From IMG/VR virus record IMGVR_UViG_3300037851_000037, positions 1 to 50,990 of that record: a DNA stretch of 50,990 bases; one strand, given 5' to 3'. Positions 17,642-26,552 of the stretch are shown in pieces. The position numbers and the translations under genes are program-made. How positions within the stretch are numbered: position 1 is the stretch's first letter; each line of letters begins with the position of its first letter. The notes beneath the pieces are model-generated. The model searched no databases and was not told the origin of the DNA. It saw only the letters and a program-made list of their open reading frames with translations. This DNA is from a virus.

Positions 17642-19657
17642 ATGTCTAAACCGGACAAGTTACCACGTTGGGCGGATACCGGCGGCGCGTCGATTAGTGA
17701 ACCGGCGGAATCGAAAAAGGATGTCGGATGGGCTTACCTGGAAAAACCCGCCCATAATTATTTTAACTGGTTACTGTTAAAGGCGTACCAGTGGATAAAG
17801 TTCGTTTATGAGGAAGTTATATCCATCGGACATAACGATAACGGAACCCATAAAGACAATTCCATCGACGCCGCCGCCCTTGCGTCGGACCCGACGGTCG
17901 ACGCGTATCGCGCGGTTACGACGGACCATATTCGAAACGACGCCGTAACCCAGGATAAAATCGCGGACGACGCCGTCGGAACGGACCAGTTAATCGACGA
18001 CGCCGTAACCCAGGATAAAATCGCGGACGACGCCGTCGGAACGGACCAGTTAATCGACGACGCCGTAACCGACGCGAAACTGTCGGACGCGACCGCCCTG
18101 TCCGTAAAGGGGAACCCGACGAACGCGTCGGCGAACCCGACGGACATCGTCGCCGCGAACGACGGGGAAGTTTTACGCCGGTCCGGGACGACGGTCGGGT
18201 TCGGGACTATCATCGCCGACGGAATCGCCGACGATACGATTACGGACGACAAGTTAGCGGAAGCGACCGCCCTGTCCGTAAAGGGAAACCCGACGAACGC
18301 GTCGGCGAACCCGACGGACATCGTCGCCGGTTCGGATGGTTATGTTTTACGTCGGTCCGGGACGGCGGTCGGGTTCGGGGAAGTCGCGACCGCCGGAATC
18401 GCGAACGACGCCGTAACCGCCGATAAGTTACGCGACGACCCGACGGTCGACGCGAACCGGGCGGTAACGACGGACCATATTCGGGACGGCGCGATTGTTT
18501 ACGAAAAAATCGGGGCGGACGCCGTTAATTACGATAACATTTACGACCAGGCGATTATCCGAGATCATACGTATCAAACATCGAATCAGGTTTTAAACCC
18601 GACAGGGAACATCGGCGGAAGCGAAAACGGGAACGTCGGTTATCCTTACTGGTATGGCGAGGGCATATCCGATTACAACGGAAGCCCGAATTTTATTGCT
18701 TTATGTACGGAATGGGGGGAAGCCGACGACCCCTGTTTTATGATTAACAGTTCCGTCCCGGCGGGGGGTTCAAAGGGGGACGTAAGCGAAATAATTCGAC
18801 AGGTCGGCGGGCGATATTTGACCCTTTCTGTTAGGGCGGTTTTTCTTGCCGGACATAGCCCCAGTATAATATCAAAGGTCGGCGTTATCTGTTACAATAA
18901 TGTTTTAGCGCGACCGTCGGACGTAATCGCCGAACATACTGTAACGATTGATAGCGGACTTCCCGATTATTTACGACAAATTGCTTTTCAGACCGACGTC
19001 GGGACAGCCGCCGTTCGCGTTATACGCCGCGTCGAAAATCCGACAGGTTCACCATTAAACGCCGTATGGCGGGCGTATAATTTTCAATTAAACGTTTCCG
19101 ATTTCGCGGGCGTTTATAATACCGAGGCGGACAAATACCGGAACGGGTTCCACGCGGTTTTAGCGGCGGACCAGTCCTGGTTATCAACGGACATCGTTAA
19201 ACAAGTCGCATTTACTACCGTCGACGCGTCCCGAAATCGGTTTAACCATGGATTACCTTTTAACGACGCCGGTAATAAATTCATCGCGCCGCGTAAAGGA
19301 CTGTATCATTTTTCCGCCGGGGTTATCTTTCGGACAGATACAGTAGATGTACTGTCCCCGCCGCCGGTTTACAACGTCGCAATCGCCCGGAAACGGTCGG
19401 GGGACGGAATACTGGATACGGACCTGTTTACGATTGCGGTTATCCCTGGTGCGAAATTACTTAACAGTTATTACTATTTCGGCGCGGCGGGTTCCGTTGG
19501 AATCTACTGCGAAAAAGGCGACGAAGTTTATATACTGTTAGGTTTCCGGGAACAATCTCAAGATTGTACGGTATTAAAGGAGGCGTTATTCCATTCCAAC
19601 ATAGTCGGGGACGATTATGTTCATCGTTCCCATTTCAGCGGACACCTTGTTTATTAA
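17642..19657 (+). CDS. Tail fibre with repeat shaft and a C-terminal C1q/TNF-like receptor-binding domain
   Basis: 671 aa. Repeated D(A/D)AVTxDKIAD and ATALSVKGNPTNASANPTDIVA modules. The C-terminus carries GLYHFSAGV...GDEVYILL...SHFSGHLVY, matching C1q-domain hallmarks. Confidence 0.75.
   Translation: MSKPDKLPRWADTGGASISEPAESKKDVGWAYLEKPAHNYFNWLLLKAYQWIKFVYEEVISIGHNDNGTHKDNSIDAAALASDPTVDAYRAVTTDHIRNDAVTQDKIADDAVGTDQLIDDAVTQDKIADDAVGTDQLIDDAVTDAKLSDATALSVKGNPTNASANPTDIVAANDGEVLRRSGTTVGFGTIIADGIADDTITDDKLAEATALSVKGNPTNASANPTDIVAGSDGYVLRRSGTAVGFGEVATAGIANDAVTADKLRDDPTVDANRAVTTDHIRDGAIVYEKIGADAVNYDNIYDQAIIRDHTYQTSNQVLNPTGNIGGSENGNVGYPYWYGEGISDYNGSPNFIALCTEWGEADDPCFMINSSVPAGGSKGDVSEIIRQVGGRYLTLSVRAVFLAGHSPSIISKVGVICYNNVLARPSDVIAEHTVTIDSGLPDYLRQIAFQTDVGTAAVRVIRRVENPTGSPLNAVWRAYNFQLNVSDFAGVYNTEADKYRNGFHAVLAADQSWLSTDIVKQVAFTTVDASRNRFNHGLPFNDAGNKFIAPRKGLYHFSAGVIFRTDTVDVLSPPPVYNVAIARKRSGDGILDTDLFTIAVIPGAKLLNSYYYFGAAGSVGIYCEKGDEVYILLGFREQSQDCTVLKEALFHSNIVGDDYVHRSHFSGHLVY
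17941..18070 (+). repeat. Perfect 60-bp tandem duplication (17941-18000 = 18001-18060) plus 10 nt of a third copy
   Basis: Two consecutive 60-nt sequence lines are identical (cgccgtaacccaggataaaatcgcggacgacgccgtcggaacggaccagttaatcgacga). They encode DAVTQDKIADDAVGTDQLID twice. Confidence 0.97.
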
Positions 19658-19666
19658 GGGTTAGTT

Positions 19667-19969
19667 ATGGACGCGAAATTCGTTGTCGATGTAATCGCTC
19701 AGGTCGGGTTCCCGATTGTTCTAATCCTGGGGTCGGTTTATTTCCTGGGAAAATATGGGGTCCCGAAAGTTGTCACGATGATAGAGGGAATAAACACCGG
19801 GTTCCGGGATGAAATGAAACTGGAACGGGACGCCCATTCGCGCGCAATCGAACGACTGTTCGACGTCCATAACCAGGACCGAATCGAGTTAAAATCCTGT
19901 ATAACCGACGCGCGCGACGATGTAATGGACGCGATAAAGGAAAATTGTAAAAAGGCGGCGACAGGATGA
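19667..19969 (+). CDS. Lysis-cassette membrane protein (holin or i-spanin-like: N-terminal TM helix plus coiled coil)
   Basis: 100 aa. The hydrophobic segment VIAQVGFPIVLILGSVYFLG is followed by a charged helical region. The gene lies directly upstream of the endolysin with an ATGA overlap. Confidence 0.6.
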   Translation: MDAKFVVDVIAQVGFPIVLILGSVYFLGKYGVPKVVTMIEGINTGFRDEMKLERDAHSRAIERLFDVHNQDRIELKSCITDARDDVMDAIKENCKKAATG

Positions 19970-20742
19970 ACGCAAAGGAAACCGAATCGCGCTTACGCAG
20001 TTATTTAACCGCCCGCGAAATCCCTGTCCTGGATTTTCGCGGGTCGTTACCAGTCCATCCGGCGTTAAAATATGGGCGGGTCCCGATGGAAAAACGGCGC
20101 GGGATATGTTTTCACCACGCCGCCGCCTGGGGGACCATCGTCGGCGCGGCACAGTCGCATATTAAGGAACGCGGGTTCCCCGGACTAGCGTATGGAATGA
20201 TCGTCGACGCCGACGGCGCGGTCGGGATTACCTGGGACCTGGACGTTAAAACGTATTCCCAGGGGGACGCCGACAAACCGGGCGATGAAAACGAACAGTA
20301 TATCGGCGTCCTGGTTAACGGGTTTTTCCGGTCCCCTGGTTACGATACCGCGAACGGCGCGGGGGAACCGACTGTTCCCCAGTTACGAACCGTCCTGTCG
20401 TTAATCGAATTCGCGCGGGCGAACGATTTACCGGACATCCGGGGACATTATCATTTCGGGAAGCCCGCCTGTCCAGGGGCGACAATCCAGGCGATTATCG
20501 AATCGGTTCGTTATCATCGTCCAGTTATTGAAAATTACGACTTTAACACCGTCCAGGGGCGACAGGCGGCGTTAAAGGACCTGGGACTTTATCAAGGGGA
20601 CATCGACGGGATATGGGGTTTCGATTCCCGTAACGCCCTTTTATCGTTCCAGAAAAAGGCGGGGATTACTGTCGACGGTTACTGGGGTCCCCAAAGTCAA
20701 ACCGCCGTCGCGACGGCGTTATTAAAAAGGGGAAAATTATGA
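19966..20742 (+). CDS. Endolysin: N-acetylmuramoyl-L-alanine amidase (amidase_2/PGRP-like) with a C-terminal PG_binding_1 domain
   Basis: 258 aa. Contains ICFHHAA...HYHFGKPACPG (zinc amidase pattern) and LKDLGLYQGDIDGIWGFDSRNALLSFQKKAGITVDGYWGPQS (peptidoglycan-binding repeat). Confidence 0.8.
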   Translation: MNAKETESRLRSYLTAREIPVLDFRGSLPVHPALKYGRVPMEKRRGICFHHAAAWGTIVGAAQSHIKERGFPGLAYGMIVDADGAVGITWDLDVKTYSQGDADKPGDENEQYIGVLVNGFFRSPGYDTANGAGEPTVPQLRTVLSLIEFARANDLPDIRGHYHFGKPACPGATIQAIIESVRYHRPVIENYDFNTVQGRQAALKDLGLYQGDIDGIWGFDSRNALLSFQKKAGITVDGYWGPQSQTAVATALLKRGKL

Positions 20743-21053
20743 CCGGATTAGAATGGATAACGTTAGGGGTTATCGCGGTTAATTTTGTCGTCGGAACCAT
20801 CGGCGGCGCGATATGGAAAACCCAAAGGGACAAGGTAAAGGACGAAAAGGTCCGGTCCGTTATCGACGCCGCCGTTCGCGCCGCCGAAGAATTGAAACTG
20901 TCGAAACAGTTATCGACATCGAAAGCGGACTTTGTATGGAAAGTCGTCGAAAAGGAATTCCCCGCCCTTGCGAAAGATAAACCGGCGGTCGAAATGTTAA
21001 TAAACGCGGCGGTCCAGGCGGCGGGGTTAGGCGCGACCGGGAAACAGGGTTAA
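20739..21053 (+). CDS. Lysis-cassette membrane protein (holin/spanin candidate)
   Basis: 104 aa. N-terminal TM helix WITLGVIAVNFVVGTIGGAIW. ATGA overlap with the endolysin. It is the last gene of the + unit. Confidence 0.6.
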   Translation: MTGLEWITLGVIAVNFVVGTIGGAIWKTQRDKVKDEKVRSVIDAAVRAAEELKLSKQLSTSKADFVWKVVEKEFPALAKDKPAVEMLINAAVQAAGLGATGKQG

Positions 21054-21559
21054 AGACGATAATCATCGTCGAAACCAATAATGATCGGTTCCCCCGACTG
21101 TTTCCCTTTTCCGCGTCCCCGGCGTCCGCCGACGCCGGGGACTTTCATTTTTAAGGCGTCGGCGAACCTGTCCCAGTCGATACCAGACTGGAAATGGACC
21201 CCGGCGCGAATCAGGTCCGCGCGGGTCCAGTCGTCGACCAGGGGGACATTATACCAGGGGACCAGGATATGTTCCCGGCGTCCGACCCGTAACAGGAAAA
21301 AACAGTAACCGCCCGCGCGCCCGCGCGCGCGTAAAAACATCCTTTGTTCCCTGGTAAAATGGTCGATTCGAACCGGCGTCGATTCCCGTTTCGGGAACGC
21401 CGGAATAACTTTCAATTCAATCCATCCGTTAATCCCGTCCATCCCGAACGAAACATCCGGGACCCCCGCGCGGGCGACGTCCGTATGTCGGGACGCGTCC
21501 CATCGACCGGACATCCCGGACCGAACGTAATTCCATAATGATTTTTCCAGGGTCGACAT
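21050..21559 (-). CDS. VRR-NUC / PD-(D/E)xK nuclease
   Basis: Start taken at the internal ATG (MSTLEKSLWNYV...), which is coupled by TAATG to the upstream gene. The motif VPDVSFGMDGINGWIELKV (D...E-x-K) fits this fold. The longer track ORF (to 21736) would overlap the upstream gene by 178 nt and is Arg/Pro-rich. Confidence 0.65.
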   Translation of the reverse strand: MSTLEKSLWNYVRSGMSGRWDASRHTDVARAGVPDVSFGMDGINGWIELKVIPAFPKRESTPVRIDHFTREQRMFLRARGRAGGYCFFLLRVGRREHILVPWYNVPLVDDWTRADLIRAGVHFQSGIDWDRFADALKMKVPGVGGRRGRGKGKQSGEPIIIGFDDDYRL

Positions 21560-22119
21560 TACCGTTCCCCCTGGGGATGGTCGTTCCGACAGGTAACGAA
21601 CCCCGGAAACGCCGGGTCCAGGTTTTCGCGGTATTCCAGGACCCCGCCGCAAGTCGGACAGGTTCGCCGGACGTAACCGGAATAACGCCCCGACTGGACC
21701 CGTTCCAGGACCCCGGCGGCGCGTAATTCGCGACATCGGCGGGCGGCGGACGGGAACAGGGGGTCCAGTTCCGGGACGAATACGCGGTCCCCCAGGGCGT
21801 TTAAATGGGTTAAAACCCGCCGATGGGACCCGTTCATTCGTAACGGTTTCTGGTTCCTGAATTTAACCCCCTGTCGCCCGACCATCCTGGACAGGGTCCG
21901 AATGTCGGAATCGCTTAAACTTCCCGCGCGCAAGGCGTCCAGGATACGCCCCAGGCGCCGAACGTCCCCGGCGCGGGCGCGACATCGCGCCGAACAGTAA
22001 TGTTTCCCTGGACGGGCGGGGAATTCGTTTTTACAGCCGGGTCCGTCGCAAGTTACCGGCGGGCGTTTTTTTCCGTAGTCTACGCCTTTAACGGCGTTTT
22101 CGACCTTGATTTCGACCAT
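21559..22119 (-). CDS. Zinc-finger protein, probably DNA-binding
   Basis: About 186 aa. Contains CDGPGCKN...HYCSARCR and CPTCGG...CRNDH. The ATG at 22119 has better SD spacing (gggggtcggatATG) than the one at 22143, so the start is uncertain. Confidence 0.55.
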   Translation of the reverse strand: MVEIKVENAVKGVDYGKKRPPVTCDGPGCKNEFPARPGKHYCSARCRARAGDVRRLGRILDALRAGSLSDSDIRTLSRMVGRQGVKFRNQKPLRMNGSHRRVLTHLNALGDRVFVPELDPLFPSAARRCRELRAAGVLERVQSGRYSGYVRRTCPTCGGVLEYRENLDPAFPGFVTCRNDHPQGER

Positions 22120-22133
22120 ATCCGACCCCCAGG

Positions 22134-24053
22134 TTACGAACATTTTCCCCAGTCCCGACCGATTTTCGATTCGACCAGGACGGGGACCCGTAAAGGAATT
22201 GCGGTTTCCATAATCCGAACCATTTCCGCGAACGCCTGTTTCCCGACCTTTGTCCGGGGAACCGACGCGTCGATTTCGTCGTGAACCGTTAACAGGGGCG
22301 CGATTTCGCGGAATATACCGGCGTCGTAACAGTCGACCATCGCCTTTTTTAACAGGTCGGCGGCGGACCCCTGGATTAACGAATTTAACGCCTTATACGT
22401 TCCCGCCCGCCGGACCCCCGCGCGCGGGATTTTCGTCCCGGCGGCGCGGGCGGCGTCGATTTTTTTCTGGACCCATTCCGACATCGCCTGTCGGTTTTCC
22501 ATCGGGTCCGCCTTTTTCGACAGTTCAAAGTCCGCCGGTTCCCAGGTATTAAACCGGCGGCGGCGTCCCAGGATGGTTTTAATCCATCCCCGGTCGTCGG
22601 CGCGACGGGACGCGATTCGGGCGGTCCCCTTAATGAACGGTAATTCCGTATGATACGATTCCAGGAACGCCCGCGCCTGTTCCCGGTCGACGCCGCCTAG
22701 CATAACGGCGGTTTTATCGACGCCCGCCCCGTATACGACCGCGAAATTTAAGTTTTTCGCCTGTCCCCTTTTTATCCCGGCGCGGTCGGCGCAAATTTGA
22801 TGAAAGTCGACGTCGGGGTTTTTCCGATACATTTCCCGAACGTAATCCGACCCCGGTCCGGTTCCATAATGCGCGAGTAACCTGTATTCAATTTGACTGT
22901 AATCGGTTCGTCCCCAGTCCTGTCCAGGTTCGGGAATGAAAATCGAACGGACCAGGGGTCCCAGTTCGTCGTCGCGTTTCGGGACCTGCTGTAAATTCGG
23001 ATGGGACGACGACAGGCGACCGGAAACTGTTCCGTAATCGTCGGACCGTAACTGGTTAAACTCACAATGTATCCGCCCGCCGATATGATTTCCTAAAATC
23101 ATCCCGTCGATAAACGTCCCGATAAACTTATCCAGGCGGCGACATTCGGCGATAATATTCGCAAGGCGCGACGGATGTCGTTCTAACCATTCTTTTTTAA
23201 ACGACGGCGCGTCGGTTTTACTGGTTCGCGGATATTCAATTCCGGCGCGGTCGAACGCCTGGGCGATGGACGCCGCCGCCCATATATCGACATCCTGTCC
23301 GGCGGCGGTTTCCAGTTCGACCAGGGCGACGTCCAGTCGTTCCCGTAACTTGAACCCGACCTGTTTCGCGCGCCGGATATTTACGCGGACCCCCGTTTGT
23401 CGCATTTGTAAAAGTAACGGAATCAATTTCGATTCCAGGATGAACAGGTCCTTTAATCCCTGTTCGTCCATTATTCCCGATTGTAGTTTTAAAATACGTA
23501 ATGGTAAATCGACGTCCTTTTCGGCGTATGGTCCGACGAATTCCGGGGGGACTTCCCATATATGGGACTGGACATTCCCGCGTAATCCGCGCCGCCGGAC
23601 TTCCGTTTCCAGTAACGAAACGTCCTTTTTTTCGCCCAGGTATTTTTCGCCCAGGGCGTCCAGGTTATAGCGTCCGGCGTTTTCGTCGATTAACGGTTCG
23701 GCGATTTGGACATCGTAAAAGGGACCCGTTACCGGGACCCCGGCGGCGGTTAGGAAATCCAGGTCGTAAAGTAAATTCGCCCCGACTTTCGCCTGTCCCG
23801 GACGGCAAAGTTCGACGCGCGCCCAGTCCAGGACTTTTTCGCGGGGGAACTGGACGCCGGTCGAATGTCCGAACGGTAAATACCAGCGGCGACCGCCGGG
23901 GACGCCGACGGCGATTCCGACGATATATCCGCCGCGCCGGACCCCTGGTCCCTTGTCTGTTAACTCCGGGTCGAAAGTTTCGATGTCCAGGGAAATCAGG
24001 GGCGCGCCGGACAGGTCGGGAAGTTCCGCCGGTAATGTCCAGGGGATTAACAT
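22134..24053 (-). CDS. Family A DNA polymerase with a 3'-5' exonuclease domain
   Basis: 639 aa. Exo motifs SLDIETFD, NLLYDLDFL and YAEKDVDL. Polymerase motif A DYSQIEYRLLAH, motif B RGQAKNLNFAVVYG and motif C TVHDEI. Confidence 0.92.
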   Translation of the reverse strand: MLIPWTLPAELPDLSGAPLISLDIETFDPELTDKGPGVRRGGYIVGIAVGVPGGRRWYLPFGHSTGVQFPREKVLDWARVELCRPGQAKVGANLLYDLDFLTAAGVPVTGPFYDVQIAEPLIDENAGRYNLDALGEKYLGEKKDVSLLETEVRRRGLRGNVQSHIWEVPPEFVGPYAEKDVDLPLRILKLQSGIMDEQGLKDLFILESKLIPLLLQMRQTGVRVNIRRAKQVGFKLRERLDVALVELETAAGQDVDIWAAASIAQAFDRAGIEYPRTSKTDAPSFKKEWLERHPSRLANIIAECRRLDKFIGTFIDGMILGNHIGGRIHCEFNQLRSDDYGTVSGRLSSSHPNLQQVPKRDDELGPLVRSIFIPEPGQDWGRTDYSQIEYRLLAHYGTGPGSDYVREMYRKNPDVDFHQICADRAGIKRGQAKNLNFAVVYGAGVDKTAVMLGGVDREQARAFLESYHTELPFIKGTARIASRRADDRGWIKTILGRRRRFNTWEPADFELSKKADPMENRQAMSEWVQKKIDAARAAGTKIPRAGVRRAGTYKALNSLIQGSAADLLKKAMVDCYDAGIFREIAPLLTVHDEIDASVPRTKVGKQAFAEMVRIMETAIPLRVPVLVESKIGRDWGKCS

Positions 24054-24241
24054 TCGTAACCTTCAATTCCCTTTTCGACTGCTAGCCATTCGGGACAGGA
24101 CAGTTCCCGCCGGACGATGTCGAAATCGACCTGGGATTTCGGGAACCATATTTCGTCGTCGCCGAATCGTAAACAAACGCCCTTGTCGGTTTCCCGGACG
24201 ACCGCGTCGAACGCGTAGTAATTTTTATCGTTTCGCGACAT
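24047..24241 (-). CDS. Small hypothetical protein (64 aa)
   Basis: SD cagggggacggaaaaATG. Overlaps the polymerase start by 7 nt. Confidence 0.6.
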   Translation of the reverse strand: MSRNDKNYYAFDAVVRETDKGVCLRFGDDEIWFPKSQVDFDIVRRELSCPEWLAVEKGIEGYEC

Positions 24242-24782
24242 TTTTCCGTCCCCCTGGGATGATTCGTTCGACGACGATATATTCGTCCGGCGACCCAGCG
24301 GTTCGAACGACGCGGGACAGGATAACCGTCGACGATTTCGCGGGGTCCTTTAACGTCGACAGGGCGACCCCCAGGTTCATCCGGTCGAACCCCGTAACCG
24401 ACATAACCTGTTCGACGGTTAACCGGCGGCGGTAAAGTAACAGTTCGCGTAATTTTCCGATTTTCGATTTCGGGTTTTTCGGGCGACCAGTCCGGGCGAT
24501 TGCCTGGGCGCGGACGCGGTTCCATACCGCGACGACCATTTTTTCCGGCGACCTGGACAGGGCGATGGGCGTTCCCGGTTCATCGGTTAACGCCCGGTAA
24601 ACGACCTTTAAAATTTCCTGTCCCAGTTCGGCGACATCGGTCGGCGTCGAAAAAACCCAGGACCCGCCGTAATCGTTAAGGTCGGCGGCGTTCCGTTTAA
24701 AATCGGTCGCCGCCTGTTTCGACCGGAACCGATAAACGGTCCCCTGTCCCTTGTCGTTTATGGTTAGAACATACGCGGACAT
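24225..24782 (-). CDS. Hypothetical protein with a C-terminal winged-helix-like (DUF3489-like) segment
   Basis: 185 aa. SD aaaaagggggaacgaaaATG. KIGKLRELLLYRRRLTVEQVMSVTGFDRMNLGVALSTLK resembles a wHTH. Confidence 0.6.
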   Translation of the reverse strand: MSAYVLTINDKGQGTVYRFRSKQAATDFKRNAADLNDYGGSWVFSTPTDVAELGQEILKVVYRALTDEPGTPIALSRSPEKMVVAVWNRVRAQAIARTGRPKNPKSKIGKLRELLLYRRRLTVEQVMSVTGFDRMNLGVALSTLKDPAKSSTVILSRVVRTAGSPDEYIVVERIIPGGRKNVAKR

Positions 24783-24804
24783 TTTCGTTCCCCCTTTTTT
24801 GAAA

Positions 24805-24891
24805 TGGTCCCGGAACCGGGAATCGAACCCGGACGCCCATACGGGCGAGGGATTTTAAGTCCCTTGCGTCTACCAGTTCCGCCATTCCGGG
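24805..24891 (-). tRNA. tRNA-Leu, anticodon UAA (reads UUA/UUG), class II long variable arm, CCA encoded
   Basis: The reverse complement folds manually as follows. Acceptor CCCGGAA/TTCCGGG. D arm GCG-GAACTGGTAGA-CGC. Anticodon stem AGGGA/TCCCT with loop CT-TAA-AA. Variable arm CGCCCGTATGGGCGT. T arm CCGGG-TTCGATT-CCCGG. Discriminator A plus CCA. Total 87 nt. Confidence 0.9.
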
Positions 24892-24895
24892 ACGC

Positions 24896-24923
24896 GGGGA
24901 CCCCGTCCGCCGACGGGGTCCCC
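24896..24923 (-). other. Perfect 12-bp hairpin between the helicase stop and the tRNA 5' end (terminator/attenuator or RNA-processing structure)
   Basis: ggggaccccgtc (24896-24907) pairs with gacggggtcccc (24912-24923) around a 4-nt loop. No U-tract follows. Confidence 0.5.
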
Positions 24924-24933
24924 TGGGTTTATA

Positions 24934-26517
24934 TTACTTTTTCCGGGCGGGCGCGTCGATGTAATAAAGTTCGCGTTTCGCCCGCGTAATCGCGACGTAA
25001 ATTAAATTCGTTTCCTGGTCGACTTGCCAGTCCTTTTTCGCCCAGGGGGACGGCATTAACTGAAACCGCCCCAGGATAAAAACGCGGTCGAATTCAAGTC
25101 CCTTTGATTTATGGACCGTCGCAAGGGTTAACCGGCGACCGCCGTTATCGTCGAACATTTTTTCCAGGTCGGCGATTAACGCGGGGACAGTCCGCCGGGT
25201 TTCCGGTAAATTTCCGATTACGGTTAAAATACAGTCGACGCGGTCGGCGACCTGTTCCGCCTTGTCGTCCCGACCTTTGGAAACATATTTCGCGATTTCG
25301 CGGTCCCGATACGCACCCAGTTTTTCGACCAGGGCGTCGACGCCGCGCGCGTTCATTTTCCGAATCAGGGCGACCAGTCCGGTTCCGATTTCGCGTCCCA
25401 GGATACGACAGCCGACGCCCGCGCGAATCAGGGAATACGCAAGGTCGACCAGGGGCGCGGTATTCCGACAAATAATCGCGTCGTCCTGGTTAAACGACTG
25501 GGGACCGAACGCGTCCCCCAGGTCGCGGACGACGCCGTCCGGCGCGCCGTCGAACGATTCCATCGTCGGGACGAATTCCTGGGCGGCGGCGACGACGGCG
25601 CGCGGACAGCGATACGAAACCGACAGGGGGAACGATTGCGCGCCGAATTCGTCCTTTATCCGTTTCATCGCGTTACTGTCCGCGCCCCGGAACCCGTAAA
25701 TCGCTTGTCGCGAATCGCCGACCGCGACCAGTCGTCCGGTTCCCGGTTTTAACATCCGGGGGAGTAACGCAAGTTGAACGCCGTTCGTATCTTGCGATTC
25801 GTCGACGAAAACGTAATCGTTCGTCCAGAAACGGACATTACGAATCAAGGGCATAAAAAGCATATCGTCGAAATCGATTACCTTGTCGGCGGTTTCGATG
25901 GACCGTTTAAGGACCCGGCGGCAAAGGTCGAACGCGCGGGTTTCGTCGGCGTCGTCCGATTCCAGGTAAACGTCGAAATGGTCCGCAAGGGCGAACCAGG
26001 ACGCGGGGTCGTCGGCGATTAGATAACCCATCCCCGCGCCCTTTGACAGGGATACCATTTTCAAAACGAACGCCTGATACATCGCGCGGTCGTCCTGGAC
26101 CAGTTCGTCGGTTTCCCGTTCCTGGATACCGGGTTCCGCCGACCGTATCGACGGGAACCCCGAATCGTCGCCGAATTCCGCGCGTAAAACGTCGTCCAGG
26201 ATACCGCGACATTTATTCGCGTCGACCTGGATTTTAACGCCGCGCCCGACGAAATTCGTCCAGGCGGAAAACCCCTGGGAATGGAACGTCGCCGCGCGAC
26301 AGTTTTTCGGGACGCGGGTTTTCAGTTCGTCGGCGATGGACTTGTTAAAGGCCAAAAAAGTAACCGACTTGTCGGACGGGATACGTTCCAGGGCGGCGAC
26401 GATGGTTGATGTTTTCCCGGACCCGGCGACGGCTTCAATAACGGCGGAACCGCGACCGGCGTCGATAAAGTCGAAAATCGCGACCTGATACGGGGACGGT
26501 TTAAAATTCTTTTCCAT
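24934..26517 (-). CDS. UvrD/Rep-like SF1 DNA helicase (copy 1)
   Basis: Motifs AVAGSGKTST, FVDESQDTN, GDSRQAIYGFRGA, TVHKSKGLEFDRVF and YVAITRAKREL. Start set at the ATG at 26517 (MEKNFKPSPYQ) with SD aaaaggacaggaaATG. The 13 upstream track codons translate a conserved UTR box. Confidence 0.88.
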   Translation of the reverse strand: MEKNFKPSPYQVAIFDFIDAGRGSAVIEAVAGSGKTSTIVAALERIPSDKSVTFLAFNKSIADELKTRVPKNCRAATFHSQGFSAWTNFVGRGVKIQVDANKCRGILDDVLRAEFGDDSGFPSIRSAEPGIQERETDELVQDDRAMYQAFVLKMVSLSKGAGMGYLIADDPASWFALADHFDVYLESDDADETRAFDLCRRVLKRSIETADKVIDFDDMLFMPLIRNVRFWTNDYVFVDESQDTNGVQLALLPRMLKPGTGRLVAVGDSRQAIYGFRGADSNAMKRIKDEFGAQSFPLSVSYRCPRAVVAAAQEFVPTMESFDGAPDGVVRDLGDAFGPQSFNQDDAIICRNTAPLVDLAYSLIRAGVGCRILGREIGTGLVALIRKMNARGVDALVEKLGAYRDREIAKYVSKGRDDKAEQVADRVDCILTVIGNLPETRRTVPALIADLEKMFDDNGGRRLTLATVHKSKGLEFDRVFILGRFQLMPSPWAKKDWQVDQETNLIYVAITRAKRELYYIDAPARKK

Positions 26518-26530
26518 TTCCTGTCCTTTT

Positions 26531-26546
26531 CTTTCTATCTTTCTAG
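26531..26546 (-). promoter_or_regulatory. Conserved 5'-UTR box, copy 3 (minus strand TAGAAAGATAGAAAG)
   Basis: The same box lies 10-13 nt upstream of the start codons at 26517, 37469 and 41511. Confidence 0.6.
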
Positions 26547-26552
26547 GGATTT

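Noticed and set aside
21560-21736. Long form of the VRR-NUC ORF (228 aa)
   Set aside because: The extension is Arg/Pro/Gly-rich, overlaps the upstream gene completely out of frame, and ignores a TAATG-coupled internal start.
24697-24885. 62-aa minus-strand ORF (MAELVDARDLKSLARMGVRVRFPVPG...)
   Set aside because: It is the translation of the tRNA-Leu gene plus the leader of the next gene. The tRNA fold explains the sequence.
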